64,000 nucleotides of DNA from contig OZ193909.1 of the NCBI GenBank assembly GCA_964276515.1, forward strand, positions 8,246,001-8,310,000. Reading direction: 5' to 3'. Positions 63,787 through 64,000 of the stretch are shown here, one piece after another. Position numbers and translations under genes: made by a program. This DNA comes from Gordius albopunctatus (lineage: Eukaryota). The notes below the pieces were generated by a model. That model was not told the DNA's origin. It ran no database searches and saw nothing but the letters and a program-made list of their open reading frames with translations. The first letter of the stretch is position 1; the number at the start of each line of letters is the position of its first letter.

Positions 63787-64000
63787 TAGAGATGCACCGA
63801 TACCACTATTTTATGCCGATACCGATACCAGCCGATACTTAAGATTTTTTTGCCGATACCGATACCATGCCGATACTTATAATAAAAAAAATTTTTATAC
63901 TAAAAAATATATGCAAATTAAATATTATAAATTAAGTCACATCCAAATTTTGGTAGATCAGAATTTTGACGATAAAACAATTGTAATTATAATTTATAAT
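63787..64000. mobile_element. hAT MITE copy (same as 6613), running to the window end
   Basis: Near-identical to 6613-6820. Confidence 0.9.

Overview
AT-rich animal (invertebrate-type) genomic DNA with spliceosomal introns, two 200-N scaffold gaps and a dense load of transposons. The species cannot be determined from this window. Five host genes were rebuilt by hand from GT-AG exons: (1) the 3' end of a GPI-type Ly6/three-finger protein of the Quiver/Sleepless family (1-442, +); (2) a complete 5-exon, 247-aa secreted protein made only of a nicotinic-receptor ligand-binding domain, i.e. acetylcholine-binding protein (AChBP)-like, with an expanded Cys-loop (20940-13896, -); (3) a complete 6-exon, 394-aa GH56 hyaluronidase lacking the EGF tail (28618-32471, +); (4) spliceosomal SmB (42623-43240, +); (5) 3' exons of a shugoshin-like gene with the SGO motif split by an intron (about 56536-57071, +). 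Mobile DNA includes a young pol-less LTR element (412-bp LTRs, tRNA-Lys PBS, 5-bp TSD, CCHC and hydrophobic ORFs), two decayed Ty3/Gypsy elements, several RTE-type LINEs (two carrying a tRNA-derived head), a Penelope GIY-YIG fragment, a FLYWCH/MULE relic, many hAT elements and MITEs with 8-bp TSDs, and DINE-1/Helentron-like elements carrying tandem arrays. The best leads are the soluble AChBP-like gene and its Ly6/hyaluronidase neighbourhood, the pol-less LTR element, and the tRNA-headed RTE family.
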